From the IMG/VR virus record IMGVR_UViG_3300021400_001748: a stretch of DNA of 64,000 nucleotides, one strand, 5' to 3'. Origin of the DNA: an uncultured virus (IMG/VR IMGVR_UViG_3300021400_001748). Taxonomy: Duplodnaviria; Heunggongvirae; Uroviricota; Caudoviricetes. The position numbers and the translations under genes are program-made. The notes beneath the pieces were generated by a model. It ran no database searches, had not been told where the DNA came from, and saw nothing but the letters and a program-made list of their open reading frames with translations. Shown here one piece after another: positions 18,728 to 28,508 of this stretch; the first letter of the stretch is position 1, and each line of letters starts with the position of its first letter.

Positions 18728-18833
18728 GTGATATTTGATTACAACTGAATATGGAACTATTGGTTTGGTGAAGATAAAAGCTTCAGGCAGAAATGTCTGG
18801 GGCTTTTGATTTTCTAAATAAGGAGGAATAGAC

Positions 18834-19139
18834 TTGAGTAAAGATTATATTTCATTGATTAGCTTTTCAGTAATGATGTGCGGTGGTGTAGCACTTAGAG
18901 ATATTGTAGGGAAAACTATGAAGGAGCTTCCTCATTCGAAAGGACTTATGACTATTATTGGAAGATCGGCTATTAGAGCAGGTGCATTCGTGACAGGTGC
19001 CAAGATCGCGGCTATTGGAGTTAAGTTCGTAGAGGAGATCACCGATTCATATAGCAGTAAAATCAAAGAGAAGACAGAGGATTCCGTCGAGGTTGTCGAA
19101 GAAGAGAATAAGGAGGAAGACAATGGAATGGCAGAATGA
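18834..19139 (+). CDS. hypothetical protein
   Basis: AAGGAGG RBS before TTG. Confidence 0.65.
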   Translation: MSKDYISLISFSVMMCGGVALRDIVGKTMKELPHSKGLMTIIGRSAIRAGAFVTGAKIAAIGVKFVEEITDSYSSKIKEKTEDSVEVVEEENKEEDNGMAE

Positions 19140-19293
19140 GAGAGAAGTATTATATTCTCAGTATTGCAAGACCTGCAGACATGTGAATGTACCTGAGACA
19201 GAAGATCCGTGTAATGAATGTCTCACATATCCGTCTAATATAGATTCACATAAACCTATCAACTACGAGAAAGGAGCAGCAAATAATGGCTAA
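19123..19293 (+). CDS. Cys-rich small protein
   Basis: YCKTC..DPCNECL. Confidence 0.6.
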   Translation: MEWQNEREVLYSQYCKTCRHVNVPETEDPCNECLTYPSNIDSHKPINYEKGAANNG

Positions 19294-19954
19294 AGACACT
19301 AATGGCGACAAGATTGTTACAAAAGACAAAGCTGCTATCACTAAAGGGGTTGAGATTGAGGATTCTGCTCTCAAGAAGGCTGCAAAACTGTTTTTCGCTG
19401 AAGATATTGATCATGTAACAGATTCGATTGTTGATGAGTTTATTAAGCCTCGTACAAAATCATTTGGACTTGATCTCGTGAAGAAGTTTAAGGAGTTCAT
19501 GTTCAATTCACTATCCGATTTGGCTCGTCAACTTATATTTGGAAATGGACCTAGTAAGAGATCTGATTCATATTATAGCGATGGATACACATCATATACC
19601 AAGTATCATTACGGTGAAGACTACTATGGCAATGGATCCAGCTACTACTATAAATCAAATAGCAACGTATCAAAGCCTGATGACAGACCTCGTGACCAGC
19701 TGAAAAGGATCGGCATAGAGACACTTGGCAAAGCTCAGGAGGTTCTTGATGACTTAAGAACTGAAATTGCCACAACTGAAAAGCATCAGGTGAGCATTGC
19801 CACATACTATCAGCTTGTAAGGACCAGCGTTAACAAAATAGACTTCGAATATGGCTGGAAGAGAGGGATGCTTGATGGGAATATTCCGATCAGATACGTT
19901 GGAAAAGATGGATACTTGATCTGTTTCCCTAAGCCGGTACCACTGGATTCTTAA
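19286..19954 (+). CDS. phage protein with DUF6353-like C-terminal motif
   Basis: AQEVLDDLRTEI...VSIATYYQL...DFEYGW. Confidence 0.75.
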   Translation: MAKDTNGDKIVTKDKAAITKGVEIEDSALKKAAKLFFAEDIDHVTDSIVDEFIKPRTKSFGLDLVKKFKEFMFNSLSDLARQLIFGNGPSKRSDSYYSDGYTSYTKYHYGEDYYGNGSSYYYKSNSNVSKPDDRPRDQLKRIGIETLGKAQEVLDDLRTEIATTEKHQVSIATYYQLVRTSVNKIDFEYGWKRGMLDGNIPIRYVGKDGYLICFPKPVPLDS

Positions 19955-19990
19955 TTATATTTCAAGGCCGCTTCGAAAGGGGATGAGGGA

Positions 19991-20203
19991 TTGTTCTTTG
20001 TTATAGCAATAGTTTCGTATCTGTTTTCATTGATTGATTTCGCAGTTGGTAATCATGAGGCTGCCTGGAAGTTGGTTGTTCTGGGCAGTCTTTTTCTTAA
20101 TCTTTACTATTTAACTTATATTTTCTTGAGGGTAAGGGAGATCGAGAAATTCATAGAGTTTATGAAGAAAAAATCCGAGGGGTCAAATTTTGAGCAACTT
20201 TAA
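19991..20203 (+). CDS. small membrane protein
   Basis: Two hydrophobic segments. Confidence 0.5.
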   Translation: MFFVIAIVSYLFSLIDFAVGNHEAAWKLVVLGSLFLNLYYLTYIFLRVREIEKFIEFMKKKSEGSNFEQL

Positions 20204-20393
20204 TTATCCATTTAATCCAAACGGTCCATGCAGAGAGTGTCACGACAGGTATCCGGCTTGCCATGACAAATGTGAAAGTTATATTTCATACAAGAAAGAA
20301 TACGATAAGAAGCAAAAGAGAATTAGAGCTGACAAGTATCTTCATAGCTTGTCGTTTCCAATGAGCACGCATCCAAAACGGAGAGAACTATGA
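20190..20393 (+). CDS. Cys/His-rich protein, paralog of 12596..12832
   Basis: PCRECHDRYPACHDKCESY. Confidence 0.65.
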   Translation: MSNFNYPFNPNGPCRECHDRYPACHDKCESYISYKKEYDKKQKRIRADKYLHSLSFPMSTHPKRREL

Positions 20394-20547
20394 GTATATT
20401 TTTCAAGAGGGGAAAACGAAAACCAATCAAGTATCCATGCAGAAAATGCGTTTACTACTGTGCATGCGGAGATGGAGGGAGAACCAAAGCATGCGAAGAT
20501 CGTAAAACTAAAGCAGATATTCGTGAGGAAGAAAGGAGAAAAAATAA

Positions 20548-21084
20548 ATGAAGAAACAGATCGAAATTAACTTTGATAGTGGGATTGTTGTGGCAGGTGC
20601 ATCTCTTCTAGTTTCTGCGGTATCTATTATATTTGCAGGAAAGGCTTCATCGAAATTGAACAGATTTAGTAAGAAGATCGGTATGTCTCTTGAGGATCTG
20701 TCGAATAAGACGTCTGTTGAGATCACTGAGGAAATGGTGAACCGTTGTACTGAAACAGCTGTACAGAAGGCTGCAGATAAAGCTGCTAAGTCTGTAATTG
20801 CTACGATTAGATCAGATGCAGATGCTGTTATTAGCAGCAGAGTACAGGATGCTATTCAGAACCAGTACGACAATGTGAAGGATGATGTAACAAGAGAGCT
20901 CAGGAAACAGGTATCCAGGATCAATGTTTCAAGTCTCAAGGCTGAAATCAAGGACAGCGTAAAGAGGGAAGTTACAGATAGACTTCACAATGAAATGAAT
21001 GATATTTTGGACAGCTATAATTCGCAGCTTACCGACATCGGCAAGATCTATTCATCGATTGCAGATAGTATGAGTAAGAAGTGA
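20548..21084 (+). CDS. TM plus helical-bundle protein
   Basis: AAAGGAG RBS. Confidence 0.75.
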   Translation: MKKQIEINFDSGIVVAGASLLVSAVSIIFAGKASSKLNRFSKKIGMSLEDLSNKTSVEITEEMVNRCTETAVQKAADKAAKSVIATIRSDADAVISSRVQDAIQNQYDNVKDDVTRELRKQVSRINVSSLKAEIKDSVKREVTDRLHNEMNDILDSYNSQLTDIGKIYSSIADSMSKK

Positions 21085-21098
21085 AAGGAGCCCAAAAG

Positions 21099-21461
21099 AT
21101 GAATAAAGTAGCAGATCTTCTTGAAGAACTTTATGACTATGGGTGGGCTATAGACGAATTCGGTGTAGATGACGAAGACGATGCCAAATATTATAGTCTT
21201 AAAAATGACGAATTATGTATTCATGTATGGATGGATTCGGTTGAAGATCACGAGAACGATTTCATTACGATCACAAGTACAGATACCACAGAGCATTTAT
21301 CGTATGCCTTCCTCAGATATGAATTTGAATGTATACATAAATTCATAAGTACTGTGACATCTATTCGTATGTTAGAAAATGAACATGTTGTTCAGATGAT
21401 GAAAAAGTTAAAAGAAAAGGACAAATTGTCAGCAAAGGCTTGGAAGGAGGAACAATTATGA
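21099..21461 (+). CDS. hypothetical protein
   Basis: AAAGGAG RBS. Confidence 0.65.
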   Translation: MNKVADLLEELYDYGWAIDEFGVDDEDDAKYYSLKNDELCIHVWMDSVEDHENDFITITSTDTTEHLSYAFLRYEFECIHKFISTVTSIRMLENEHVVQMMKKLKEKDKLSAKAWKEEQL

Positions 21462-21687
21462 TTAGAGATATACTTAGAGATATAGCAGACAAAGTTTGTA
21501 ACGATGAAAATTTATTAACTGTGAATTCGATTATCGACGCAAAGCATACTGCAACAGCAGGAGCATACTCACTGTCTGAATTAGTTGACTATGATTTTAA
21601 AGAAGCCGGAAAAGGTTTCAAAGCGTGGAGAGATGCTCTAATGTCGCAATACTAATTATATTTAAGAGGGGGGAGAAGGGGTTTATT

Positions 21688-21933
21688 ATGAGCGATGTGA
21701 ATTGGGCAAAACTGATTTCAAAGCCGGATATGGTTAAAAGCATGCCTGATGTTGACTTGATCTTTTATCATGGAGTGGTTGGGCATTCGTACTTCAATAA
21801 CGATGAAATGCTGCCTGGAGGGTACAGATCGGCGGTTCAAAAGTTATATTTTGCAATCAATGAAGAACTTATGAATAGACTTTGTTGTCATAAAAGTGTG
21901 AGGTCTGTAAATGCTGAGGAGAAAGGAGAATAG
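21688..21933 (+). CDS. hypothetical protein
   Basis: ORF within the operon. Confidence 0.55.
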   Translation: MSDVNWAKLISKPDMVKSMPDVDLIFYHGVVGHSYFNNDEMLPGGYRSAVQKLYFAINEELMNRLCCHKSVRSVNAEEKGE

Positions 21934-22249
21934 TTATATGAATCGCGAAAACTCATGCCCATTATGCAAATACAGTAGCATTTGTAAAGAATCTATTTGT
22001 GAATATGCTGATCCAGAATATTGTTCAGATTATAGCACATTTAGACATTTAACAAAACTTTGTCCAGGTGACATTGTTAACACTGTCCTTGGTGAGAAAG
22101 CTAGAATAATTACTCCATTAATTAGTTGTAATGAAGCTTATGCATATGCGGTTCGAATGCTTAATTGGACAGATGAACAAGTAGAGGCGATGGGAGGCGA
22201 AAAAGAAGCCTGGATCATTATAGGTATTGACCAAATAATTTTAGAGTGA
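21911..22249 (+). CDS. Cys-rich hypothetical protein
   Basis: ORF within the operon; true start probably the internal ATG after AAAGGAG. Confidence 0.55.
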   Translation: MLRRKENSYMNRENSCPLCKYSSICKESICEYADPEYCSDYSTFRHLTKLCPGDIVNTVLGEKARIITPLISCNEAYAYAVRMLNWTDEQVEAMGGEKEAWIIIGIDQIILE

Positions 22250-22503
22250 GAAAGGGGATGAAAATAGTGCCGATTAAGAGTAATGATTTAGAATTTACTG
22301 AATGCACTTTATATGCTATTGGACCTGACGGACAACATTATTTATTAGCAAAGCCATTAACGACAGCTGAAATTAGCGATATCGGTATAAGAGACAAGGA
22401 CATTAGACTACATTATATTTATCATGCAAATAATAATCGTCGAAGAATGAATGGCAAACGAGTTTATAGACGCAGAGCTATTTTGAGAATATTATACAAA
22501 TGA
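22246..22503 (+). CDS. hypothetical protein with NNxRRxxG motif
   Basis: Motif shared with 23431..23769. Confidence 0.6.
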   Translation: MRKGMKIVPIKSNDLEFTECTLYAIGPDGQHYLLAKPLTTAEISDIGIRDKDIRLHYIYHANNNRRRMNGKRVYRRRAILRILYK

Positions 22504-22518
22504 GAAAGGGGACGAAGC

Positions 22519-22980
22519 TTGTTGACAGACTTCGAGAAAATGGTTAATAACTTCGACGGATTCATGAGGAATCGAGGCTACGTTCGAAGTAAAGAATGGG
22601 CACAGGTAAAGAACGTAAGCCTTAGTAGACCTAATGCTATGATTAATGAGGGGAAAATCAGCGGGCTAAACTACTTCAAAGTTGGTCATGTTCATTATAT
22701 TTCACTCGAGAGGGACGGGTATAAGAAATATGGTGAAGAATTTAAGGCAATGCTTGAGGACTTTGAAGTCTATATGAGGGATCATGGCTATGTCAGAACA
22801 TCCGAATATGCTAAAGAGAATTTTCAGAGTGTTGTTACTGTTAGGAACTGGTATCAGAGAGGCATACTTATATTTCCAGATGTCGTTAAGATCGGAGAGG
22901 TCTATTACATGAGGAAAGATGTAGACATAGTTTCAAAGTTTAAGCCGAGGGGACCTAAAAGAGGAAGGAGAGTGAAGTAG
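22519..22980 (+). CDS. tandem-duplicated excisionase/HTH-like DNA-binding protein
   Basis: Two internal repeats (MRNRGYVRSKEWA / MRDHGYVRTSEYA); basic PRGPKRGRR tail. Confidence 0.6.
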   Translation: MLTDFEKMVNNFDGFMRNRGYVRSKEWAQVKNVSLSRPNAMINEGKISGLNYFKVGHVHYISLERDGYKKYGEEFKAMLEDFEVYMRDHGYVRTSEYAKENFQSVVTVRNWYQRGILIFPDVVKIGEVYYMRKDVDIVSKFKPRGPKRGRRVK

Positions 22981-22981
22981 T

Positions 22982-23245
22982 ATGATTACAGCTGGGTATT
23001 ATATTAATGTGTTTAAACCTAACGGAGTAGATCTATTCGGAAACGAACATTATTTGTATGATCTGTACGTTTTACTTAACGAACCTAATGACGAGCCAAC
23101 TCCGGAAGAAGTAACTGCAATTGGAAAGGCTATTGATGGCATTCATCATTCACTAGTCAAAGATCAAGCCTATGAAACTATTGAAAAGTTAAACTTAAAT
23201 TGCACGAAATTCGGCTTCAGAATTGTCGATGGGAAGGAGGAATAA
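22982..23245 (+). CDS. hypothetical protein
   Basis: RBS; operon position. Confidence 0.6.
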   Translation: MITAGYYINVFKPNGVDLFGNEHYLYDLYVLLNEPNDEPTPEEVTAIGKAIDGIHHSLVKDQAYETIEKLNLNCTKFGFRIVDGKEE

Positions 23246-23430
23246 TATGATACGAAAAGATTGCTTCAATTATCATTGTGAGCCAATGATGGGTGCTAGT
23301 ATAGACTGTTGCTCAGAAAAAGGCCTTGGCATTTGCCCATGTACCGAGGATTGCAAGGATTATGTAAATAAATATGAGGTGTATAAGTATGGTCTAGAAT
23401 GCATTAGAAAACAAAAAGAGGAGGAATAGT

Positions 23431-23769
23431 ATGCCGCCAAAAGAAGGCACAAACTTAATGGACGGAACATTATATTTTACAGATGAAAACGACGAGCTTA
23501 GGCCTATCACTGTTATTCATGATGATGTTGAACTGACTACAGATACCGATCTTGAAGACATTATTCCTGAAGAGTACCGACTGTCGGATGCGTATAATTT
23601 TAGTTTTTCTTTAGATAAATTAGCTTACAAGATGCTCGTCAAAATGCATCAAAATAACTATAGAAGGCTTCATGGATTGAGACCTGTCAGACATAAGGTT
23701 CGGAGGCATAAACCTAAAATTAGTTTGTTTGCAGTAAAGCGTATGAGAGGAGGGTTTAAGTTTAAATGA
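23431..23769 (+). CDS. hypothetical protein with NNxRRxxG motif
   Basis: GAGGAGG RBS. Confidence 0.65.
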   Translation: MPPKEGTNLMDGTLYFTDENDELRPITVIHDDVELTTDTDLEDIIPEEYRLSDAYNFSFSLDKLAYKMLVKMHQNNYRRLHGLRPVRHKVRRHKPKISLFAVKRMRGGFKFK

Positions 23770-23841
23770 CTTGTGATGATGCATATGCCTATCTAATGAA
23801 ATTCTCATGGAAAATCGGAACCACGGCGATGGAAGACATGA

Positions 23842-24186
23842 ATGAGAAAGAGGGCGACAGATTCAGAGAAGCAGTACAGACATTATATTTTAATGCCGCT
23901 TGCTCTGCAATGGGGAATGAAAGATGAACTATCACAAAACAAAATATATAGACAAGCTATGGAGATTTATATGATAGATCCAATTTTTCCACGAAAAGAA
24001 GACGAACAAATGTCAGACAGGGATTGGGAAACATATTGCTGTTTAGTTTGGTGCTGTAATAGCTTGAATGCTTACGAATGCATATTAAGGCATCAATGCG
24101 ACAACAGAGGAGCCGAATACATAAAAAGAGCACAAGATGTTATTAAATTTCTACTGTATGATTCAGGGCGTCTGGAAAGGAGCTGA
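23842..24186 (+). CDS. hypothetical protein
   Basis: ORF within the operon. Confidence 0.55.
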   Translation: MRKRATDSEKQYRHYILMPLALQWGMKDELSQNKIYRQAMEIYMIDPIFPRKEDEQMSDRDWETYCCLVWCCNSLNAYECILRHQCDNRGAEYIKRAQDVIKFLLYDSGRLERS

Positions 24187-24198
24187 AATTAAAACAGA

Positions 24199-24267
24199 AT
24201 GAACTATCACAACATAACTCATGACGATATGCAAAACGGGGAAGGATATGGAAGAAATTGGAGGTAA
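24199..24267 (+). pseudogene. duplicated 5' fragment of nrdG
   Basis: MNYHNITHDDMQNGEG versus nrdG MNYHNITHDDMKNGEG; first 26 nt identical to 24469 onward. Confidence 0.75.
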
Positions 24268-24271
24268 TTAA

Positions 24272-24466
24272 ATGATGATAAAAAGAATGTGCGATAGGTG
24301 TAAAAAGGAAATGCCATTAAACATGGGTCTTGCAGATTATGTTCCGCCAACTTACACAATTTCAAAGCACGATCCGAATTCACTATTTATCCAGATAGAT
24401 CTATGTGAAGAATGCTGTGACAAATTGACAAAATGGCTAAAGAAAGAAGATAAATTAGAGGATTAA
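24272..24466 (+). CDS. zinc-finger small protein
   Basis: CDRC ... DLCEEC. Confidence 0.7.
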   Translation: MMIKRMCDRCKKEMPLNMGLADYVPPTYTISKHDPNSLFIQIDLCEECCDKLTKWLKKEDKLED

Positions 24467-25041
24467 TGATGAACTATCACAACATAACTCATGATGACAT
24501 GAAAAATGGCGAAGGATTAAGAACTGTTCTTTGGGTTGCTGGATGTAGTCATCACTGTAAAGGCTGTCAGAATCCTGAGACTTGGGATCCAAAAGGTGGA
24601 ATTCCATTTGATGATGAAGCCTGGAACGAACTTTTCGATGCACTAGATAAGGATTACTGTTCAGGCCTCACTTTATCTGGCGGAGATCCGTTATCTATGT
24701 GGTGCTGTGAAGAGTCAGCTAGAATCGTTGGAGAGTTTCGAAGAAGATATGGATTCGGAAAGAAGACAATTTGGGTGTATACAGGGTTTACGATGGATGA
24801 TCTTAGAGGTCTTAAGCTTCATCCTGCTGTAGATTATATTCTCGAAAATGTCGATGTAATAGTCGATGGTCCGTACATTGAGGAGCAGAGAAATATTCAT
24901 AGACTCTGGTGCGGATCTGAGAATCAGCGTATTTGGAGAAGAATGACTTCTGGGTGGATTGCTGACGCTCCAGAGTATGAGAAGTCGCTGAATGAATTGA
25001 ACTTAGATGAGCAGCATGCAAAAGAATGCGGATGTGAGTAA
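24466..25041 (+). CDS. nrdG: anaerobic ribonucleotide reductase activating enzyme (radical SAM)
   Basis: NGEGLRTVLWVAGCSHHCKGCQNPETW, GLTLSGGDPL, VDGPY and GSENQR motifs. Confidence 0.93.
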   Translation: MMNYHNITHDDMKNGEGLRTVLWVAGCSHHCKGCQNPETWDPKGGIPFDDEAWNELFDALDKDYCSGLTLSGGDPLSMWCCEESARIVGEFRRRYGFGKKTIWVYTGFTMDDLRGLKLHPAVDYILENVDVIVDGPYIEEQRNIHRLWCGSENQRIWRRMTSGWIADAPEYEKSLNELNLDEQHAKECGCE

Positions 25042-25068
25042 TTATATTTCATAGGGGGACTAAGGGAT

Positions 25069-25344
25069 ATGAGTATTAATACTACTAAGCTCACGGGTTC
25101 TGTTCCTGTTGCAGTGGCAGCCAAAGTATATGGTAAAGATGCTTGCTGGGTTAGAGCAGGGATTATTGAAGGATGGCTTCCGATCGGAACCGCGACAAGA
25201 CGAGGGAAGCAGGTAAAGAGTATCAAAGAAATGGACAGCAGGCTGGGTAGGATTAACTATTATATTTCGCCAGCTAAGTTATACGAGAGCACTGGGTATT
25301 TGTACATGTTTAAAGATAATAAGAGAAAGGAGAATCGAATATGA
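25069..25344 (+). CDS. phage DNA-binding (HTH-like) protein
   Basis: SVPVAVAAKVYGKDACWVRAGIIEGWLPIG. Confidence 0.7.
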   Translation: MSINTTKLTGSVPVAVAAKVYGKDACWVRAGIIEGWLPIGTATRRGKQVKSIKEMDSRLGRINYYISPAKLYESTGYLYMFKDNKRKENRI

Positions 25345-25634
25345 ATATTAATACTGTATATAGATGCCCATACTACGGTAACAGTATAGAATGTCCTAAT
25401 GAGTGTAATTCTATACAGCATGCAACACTGGCTAACGAATTCTATGCAACTGACAAAATCTATGGATACGATCCGTTTTTCTGCGATCGTGATGGAGTTC
25501 TGATTGACAATGATAAAAACCCGATATGCAGAATAAATATCGACACAGATATTGAGCATAGTCTTCAGAATGCTATTAATTATATTTCAAAATGCAAAGT
25601 TAGAGGCGAGAAAGGAGAATCAGATAAATCATGA
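25341..25634 (+). CDS. hypothetical protein
   Basis: AAAGGAG RBS. Confidence 0.6.
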   Translation: MNINTVYRCPYYGNSIECPNECNSIQHATLANEFYATDKIYGYDPFFCDRDGVLIDNDKNPICRINIDTDIEHSLQNAINYISKCKVRGEKGESDKS

Positions 25635-25810
25635 GAGGAGCAAGAAAGCAGAAAGTTATTGACAAAGATGCACTTATGAATGCGTTAGATTTGCTTGACG
25701 ATCAGTATGTAACTGTTGATACTGTAGACGATATCATAGAAGATCTTGAGGAGGATGCTATGATGGCTTCTGCAGAACATGACGAGACTGATTATTATGG
25801 AGTGTAAGTT

Positions 25811-26002
25811 ATGGAAGTGTTTCAAACAATTGGGATTTTCGTAGTGGCATTAGTATTTTATGCCATAGTGTCTCTTTTTATTCCAATAACAATAAACGAT
25901 GGCAATGCAAGTAAAGGCTTCTGGATTGCTGCATGGGTAATAGGAGCTATCTTATTTTGTACTCACATTTGCTTATGGATCAATGGATGGAAATTAATAT
26001 AG
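25811..26002 (+). CDS. two-TM small protein
   Basis: Hydrophobic segments. Confidence 0.6.
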   Translation: MEVFQTIGIFVVALVFYAIVSLFIPITINDGNASKGFWIAAWVIGAILFCTHICLWINGWKLI

Positions 26003-26209
26003 GCATTTATACGAAGATGGAGAGTGAACATGGCAATAGTAATTTGGATAGGTGCTTTTATACTGATGGCGTTTTTGATCATGCTTTTTGTCGTGCTAGT
26101 ATTAGTCGATTCTATTCCATTTTTTCTTAATGCTTTAGACACTATTGAAGAGTGGAAAAAGAAAAGAAGGAAAGAAAAAGAAGACAGCACTGGAGAGGAG
26201 TGATTATAT

Positions 26210-26608
26210 TTGCATGATGTTGCTCGAAATGAATACGGAGAAGTGATTGGAAGCTGTAAGATTTGTAAACATATAAAGAGTGCTGCTAAGCCTGTAACAG
26301 GAGATCCTGGAATGTATGAACTTGACTTCGCATGTTCTTTGCCAGATCACGAATGTAGATTTGAGGAAAAAGTTGATGAAAAAGTTGATGAATCTTGTGA
26401 CGATTACAAACTATATCGTAGTATAAGTGGAAATGCCAAGGAGCTTCTTAATCTTATCAGTGATGAACTTTTCGCAATCAATAAAGGAGGAGATAAAGTT
26501 AAAGGATTAGCTCTCATTGAAGGATATTTAGAAGGATTTCAGATGCTAATGAATGCTTTAAGGTATATTGATCCACCTGCTAATTTTGCTGATAAAGAAG
26601 GAGAGTGA
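26210..26608 (+). CDS. hypothetical protein
   Basis: GAGTGATTATAT-TTG start. Confidence 0.65.
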   Translation: MHDVARNEYGEVIGSCKICKHIKSAAKPVTGDPGMYELDFACSLPDHECRFEEKVDEKVDESCDDYKLYRSISGNAKELLNLISDELFAINKGGDKVKGLALIEGYLEGFQMLMNALRYIDPPANFADKEGE

Positions 26609-26614
26609 TTATAT

Positions 26615-26890
26615 TTGACGAATGAGGATTTGTATCGATTGTTTCGAAGTACGTATCCCGAAACCAAGCCGGTTGATTATAGGCCTGCAGAATCTATGTT
26701 CGTGAAAGGCAAAGTAGGTATAACTATCTGGACTGACAATGGAGATATGTTAATGTATTTTCCAAATCAAGACGCTCTGAATAGACGAGATGCATCCATA
26801 AGTGAGTTATTTGAAAAGATGTTTGTCAGTAATACGATTGTAAGTAAGGAAGTAATTGAAAAATTGCTAAATAATGAGGAAGAGGAGTGA
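26615..26890 (+). CDS. hypothetical protein
   Basis: GAGTGATTATAT-TTG start. Confidence 0.65.
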   Translation: MTNEDLYRLFRSTYPETKPVDYRPAESMFVKGKVGITIWTDNGDMLMYFPNQDALNRRDASISELFEKMFVSNTIVSKEVIEKLLNNEEEE

Positions 26891-26896
26891 TTATAT

Positions 26897-27094
26897 TTGA
26901 TAGATATCTGTATGTCTGGTATGTGCGAAAACTGTAAGTATGCCGATCTTAAGCTTGAATCGCTGGTTTTCGATTCATTCGAAGATCAGAGAACTGATTA
27001 CATACTAAAATGTCGTCACGAAGAGATCTGCTCCTTGTGGGAACGAAAACTAAATTCTGAACGTGACCAGCTTAAATATGGATATTATAGATAG
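26897..27094 (+). CDS. Cys-rich small protein
   Basis: GAGTGATTATAT-TTG start; CENC..CRHEEIC. Confidence 0.6.
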   Translation: MIDICMSGMCENCKYADLKLESLVFDSFEDQRTDYILKCRHEEICSLWERKLNSERDQLKYGYYR

Positions 27095-27106
27095 GGGTGA
27101 ATACTA

Positions 27107-27310
27107 ATGTTTGAATTAAATCCTATACAGCCATTTATAGCAATGGATAGTAAAGATAAACGTAATAACGAGTTATGGGTTGCAATAACAACTGCTATTC
27201 ATTTATGCGGCCTTAGTGGAGAAGATGTAACTATGATGGGACTCGAAACATTAAAAAGACTTGGCAGGTATGATATACTTCCGCCTTGTGAAAGGGGTGA
27301 TTATATTTGA
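27107..27310 (+). CDS. hypothetical protein
   Basis: RBS; operon position. Confidence 0.55.
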   Translation: MFELNPIQPFIAMDSKDKRNNELWVAITTAIHLCGLSGEDVTMMGLETLKRLGRYDILPPCERGDYI

Positions 27311-27939
27311 AAGTAATAGAGCCTAGCTTTGAGATTCTTACGCCTATTTCAGAAGGTGGTATTAAAGAGCTTCAAATGATTGAACGAATCGGGAGGATTT
27401 GCTACAAATCAGAAGACAAAATTTCCCCGGATGGAGCTTCTGCTAAAAAGTTTGTAAAGATGCTTATTGATAGAGGACACGAAGCAATGATTGAGCACAG
27501 TCAGCTTAGTGTTCTTTTTGTTTGCGATCGAGGAGTATCTCATGAGCTTGTTAGGCATAGGCTTTGTAGTTTTGCTCAGGAGAGTACAAGGTATGTTAAC
27601 TATTCAAGAGAAGATAAGGCTCCTGAAGGCATTATATTTATTAAGCCTTGCTTTTTAGATGAAAAATCAGACAAGTACAGGGAGTGGCTTGTAGCTTGTC
27701 AGGATTGTGAGTTTTGGTATCTGCAGGCGATTAAGAAAGGTGCTACTCCTCAGGAAGCAAGAGCTGTACTTATTAATTCAGTTAAGACGGAGATTGTGGT
27801 GACGGCAAATCTGCGTGAGTGGAGGACCATATTTAAGCTAAGATGCGATCAAGCTGCTCATCCTCAAATGAGGGAGATTATGGTACCACTTTTAGAGGAG
27901 TTGAAGAGAAGAATTCCGGTAGTGTTTGATGATATTTGA
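27307..27939 (+). CDS. thyX: FAD-dependent thymidylate synthase
   Basis: GHEAMIEH, SHELVRHR-x7-S (RHRLCSFAQESTRY), NLREW and AHPQMR motifs. Confidence 0.95.
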   Translation: MKVIEPSFEILTPISEGGIKELQMIERIGRICYKSEDKISPDGASAKKFVKMLIDRGHEAMIEHSQLSVLFVCDRGVSHELVRHRLCSFAQESTRYVNYSREDKAPEGIIFIKPCFLDEKSDKYREWLVACQDCEFWYLQAIKKGATPQEARAVLINSVKTEIVVTANLREWRTIFKLRCDQAAHPQMREIMVPLLEELKRRIPVVFDDI

Positions 27940-28007
27940 AATGGTGATTTCAATGTACTCGCTGAGTTAACGAAGCGGTTTATATTTTCGTGTGAAAGGA
28001 GAACCAT

Positions 28008-28505
28008 ATGCCTAACTGGATTCAAGGATCGTTAAAAGCAAGAGGCAGCCTAGATGATGTTAAAAGGTTCTTATCAGAAGGTGTTGAAGCTTTGCATTAT
28101 AGTGAAATTCAGATGATAGACAACGGATTTAAACTTGAGGAGTATGATAACGGTTACTTCGAAGTTTCGTATGAAATTCCGTCTGATGCCTGGTTATATT
28201 TTGCTGATTCTTCTAGAGCTTTTCCTGATGAAACCAATGGCATAATCTTAATTGTAGACGAAGATACAAAAATAGCAACTGTCCATATACTTATAAGACA
28301 AGCATGGGGATTTGATTATGACTATTGGGCTGATATTTCTAAAAAGTACAATATCGAGCTGAAACTTTATGGTGTTGAATGCGGTATGCAATTTACTGAT
28401 GATCTTGAAATAAAAAACGGCGAGATCACTAAGAGCGATGGAAAGTCATACAAAAAATACTGTGAATTTGTATGGGAAGTACCGTTTCCGAAAATGGGAG
28501 GATGA
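28008..28505 (+). CDS. Api92/DUF1281-like ferredoxin-fold protein
   Basis: MPNW start, QAWG and E-x-GMQF motifs. Confidence 0.6.
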   Translation: MPNWIQGSLKARGSLDDVKRFLSEGVEALHYSEIQMIDNGFKLEEYDNGYFEVSYEIPSDAWLYFADSSRAFPDETNGIILIVDEDTKIATVHILIRQAWGFDYDYWADISKKYNIELKLYGVECGMQFTDDLEIKNGEITKSDGKSYKKYCEFVWEVPFPKMGG

Positions 28506-28508
28506 TGC

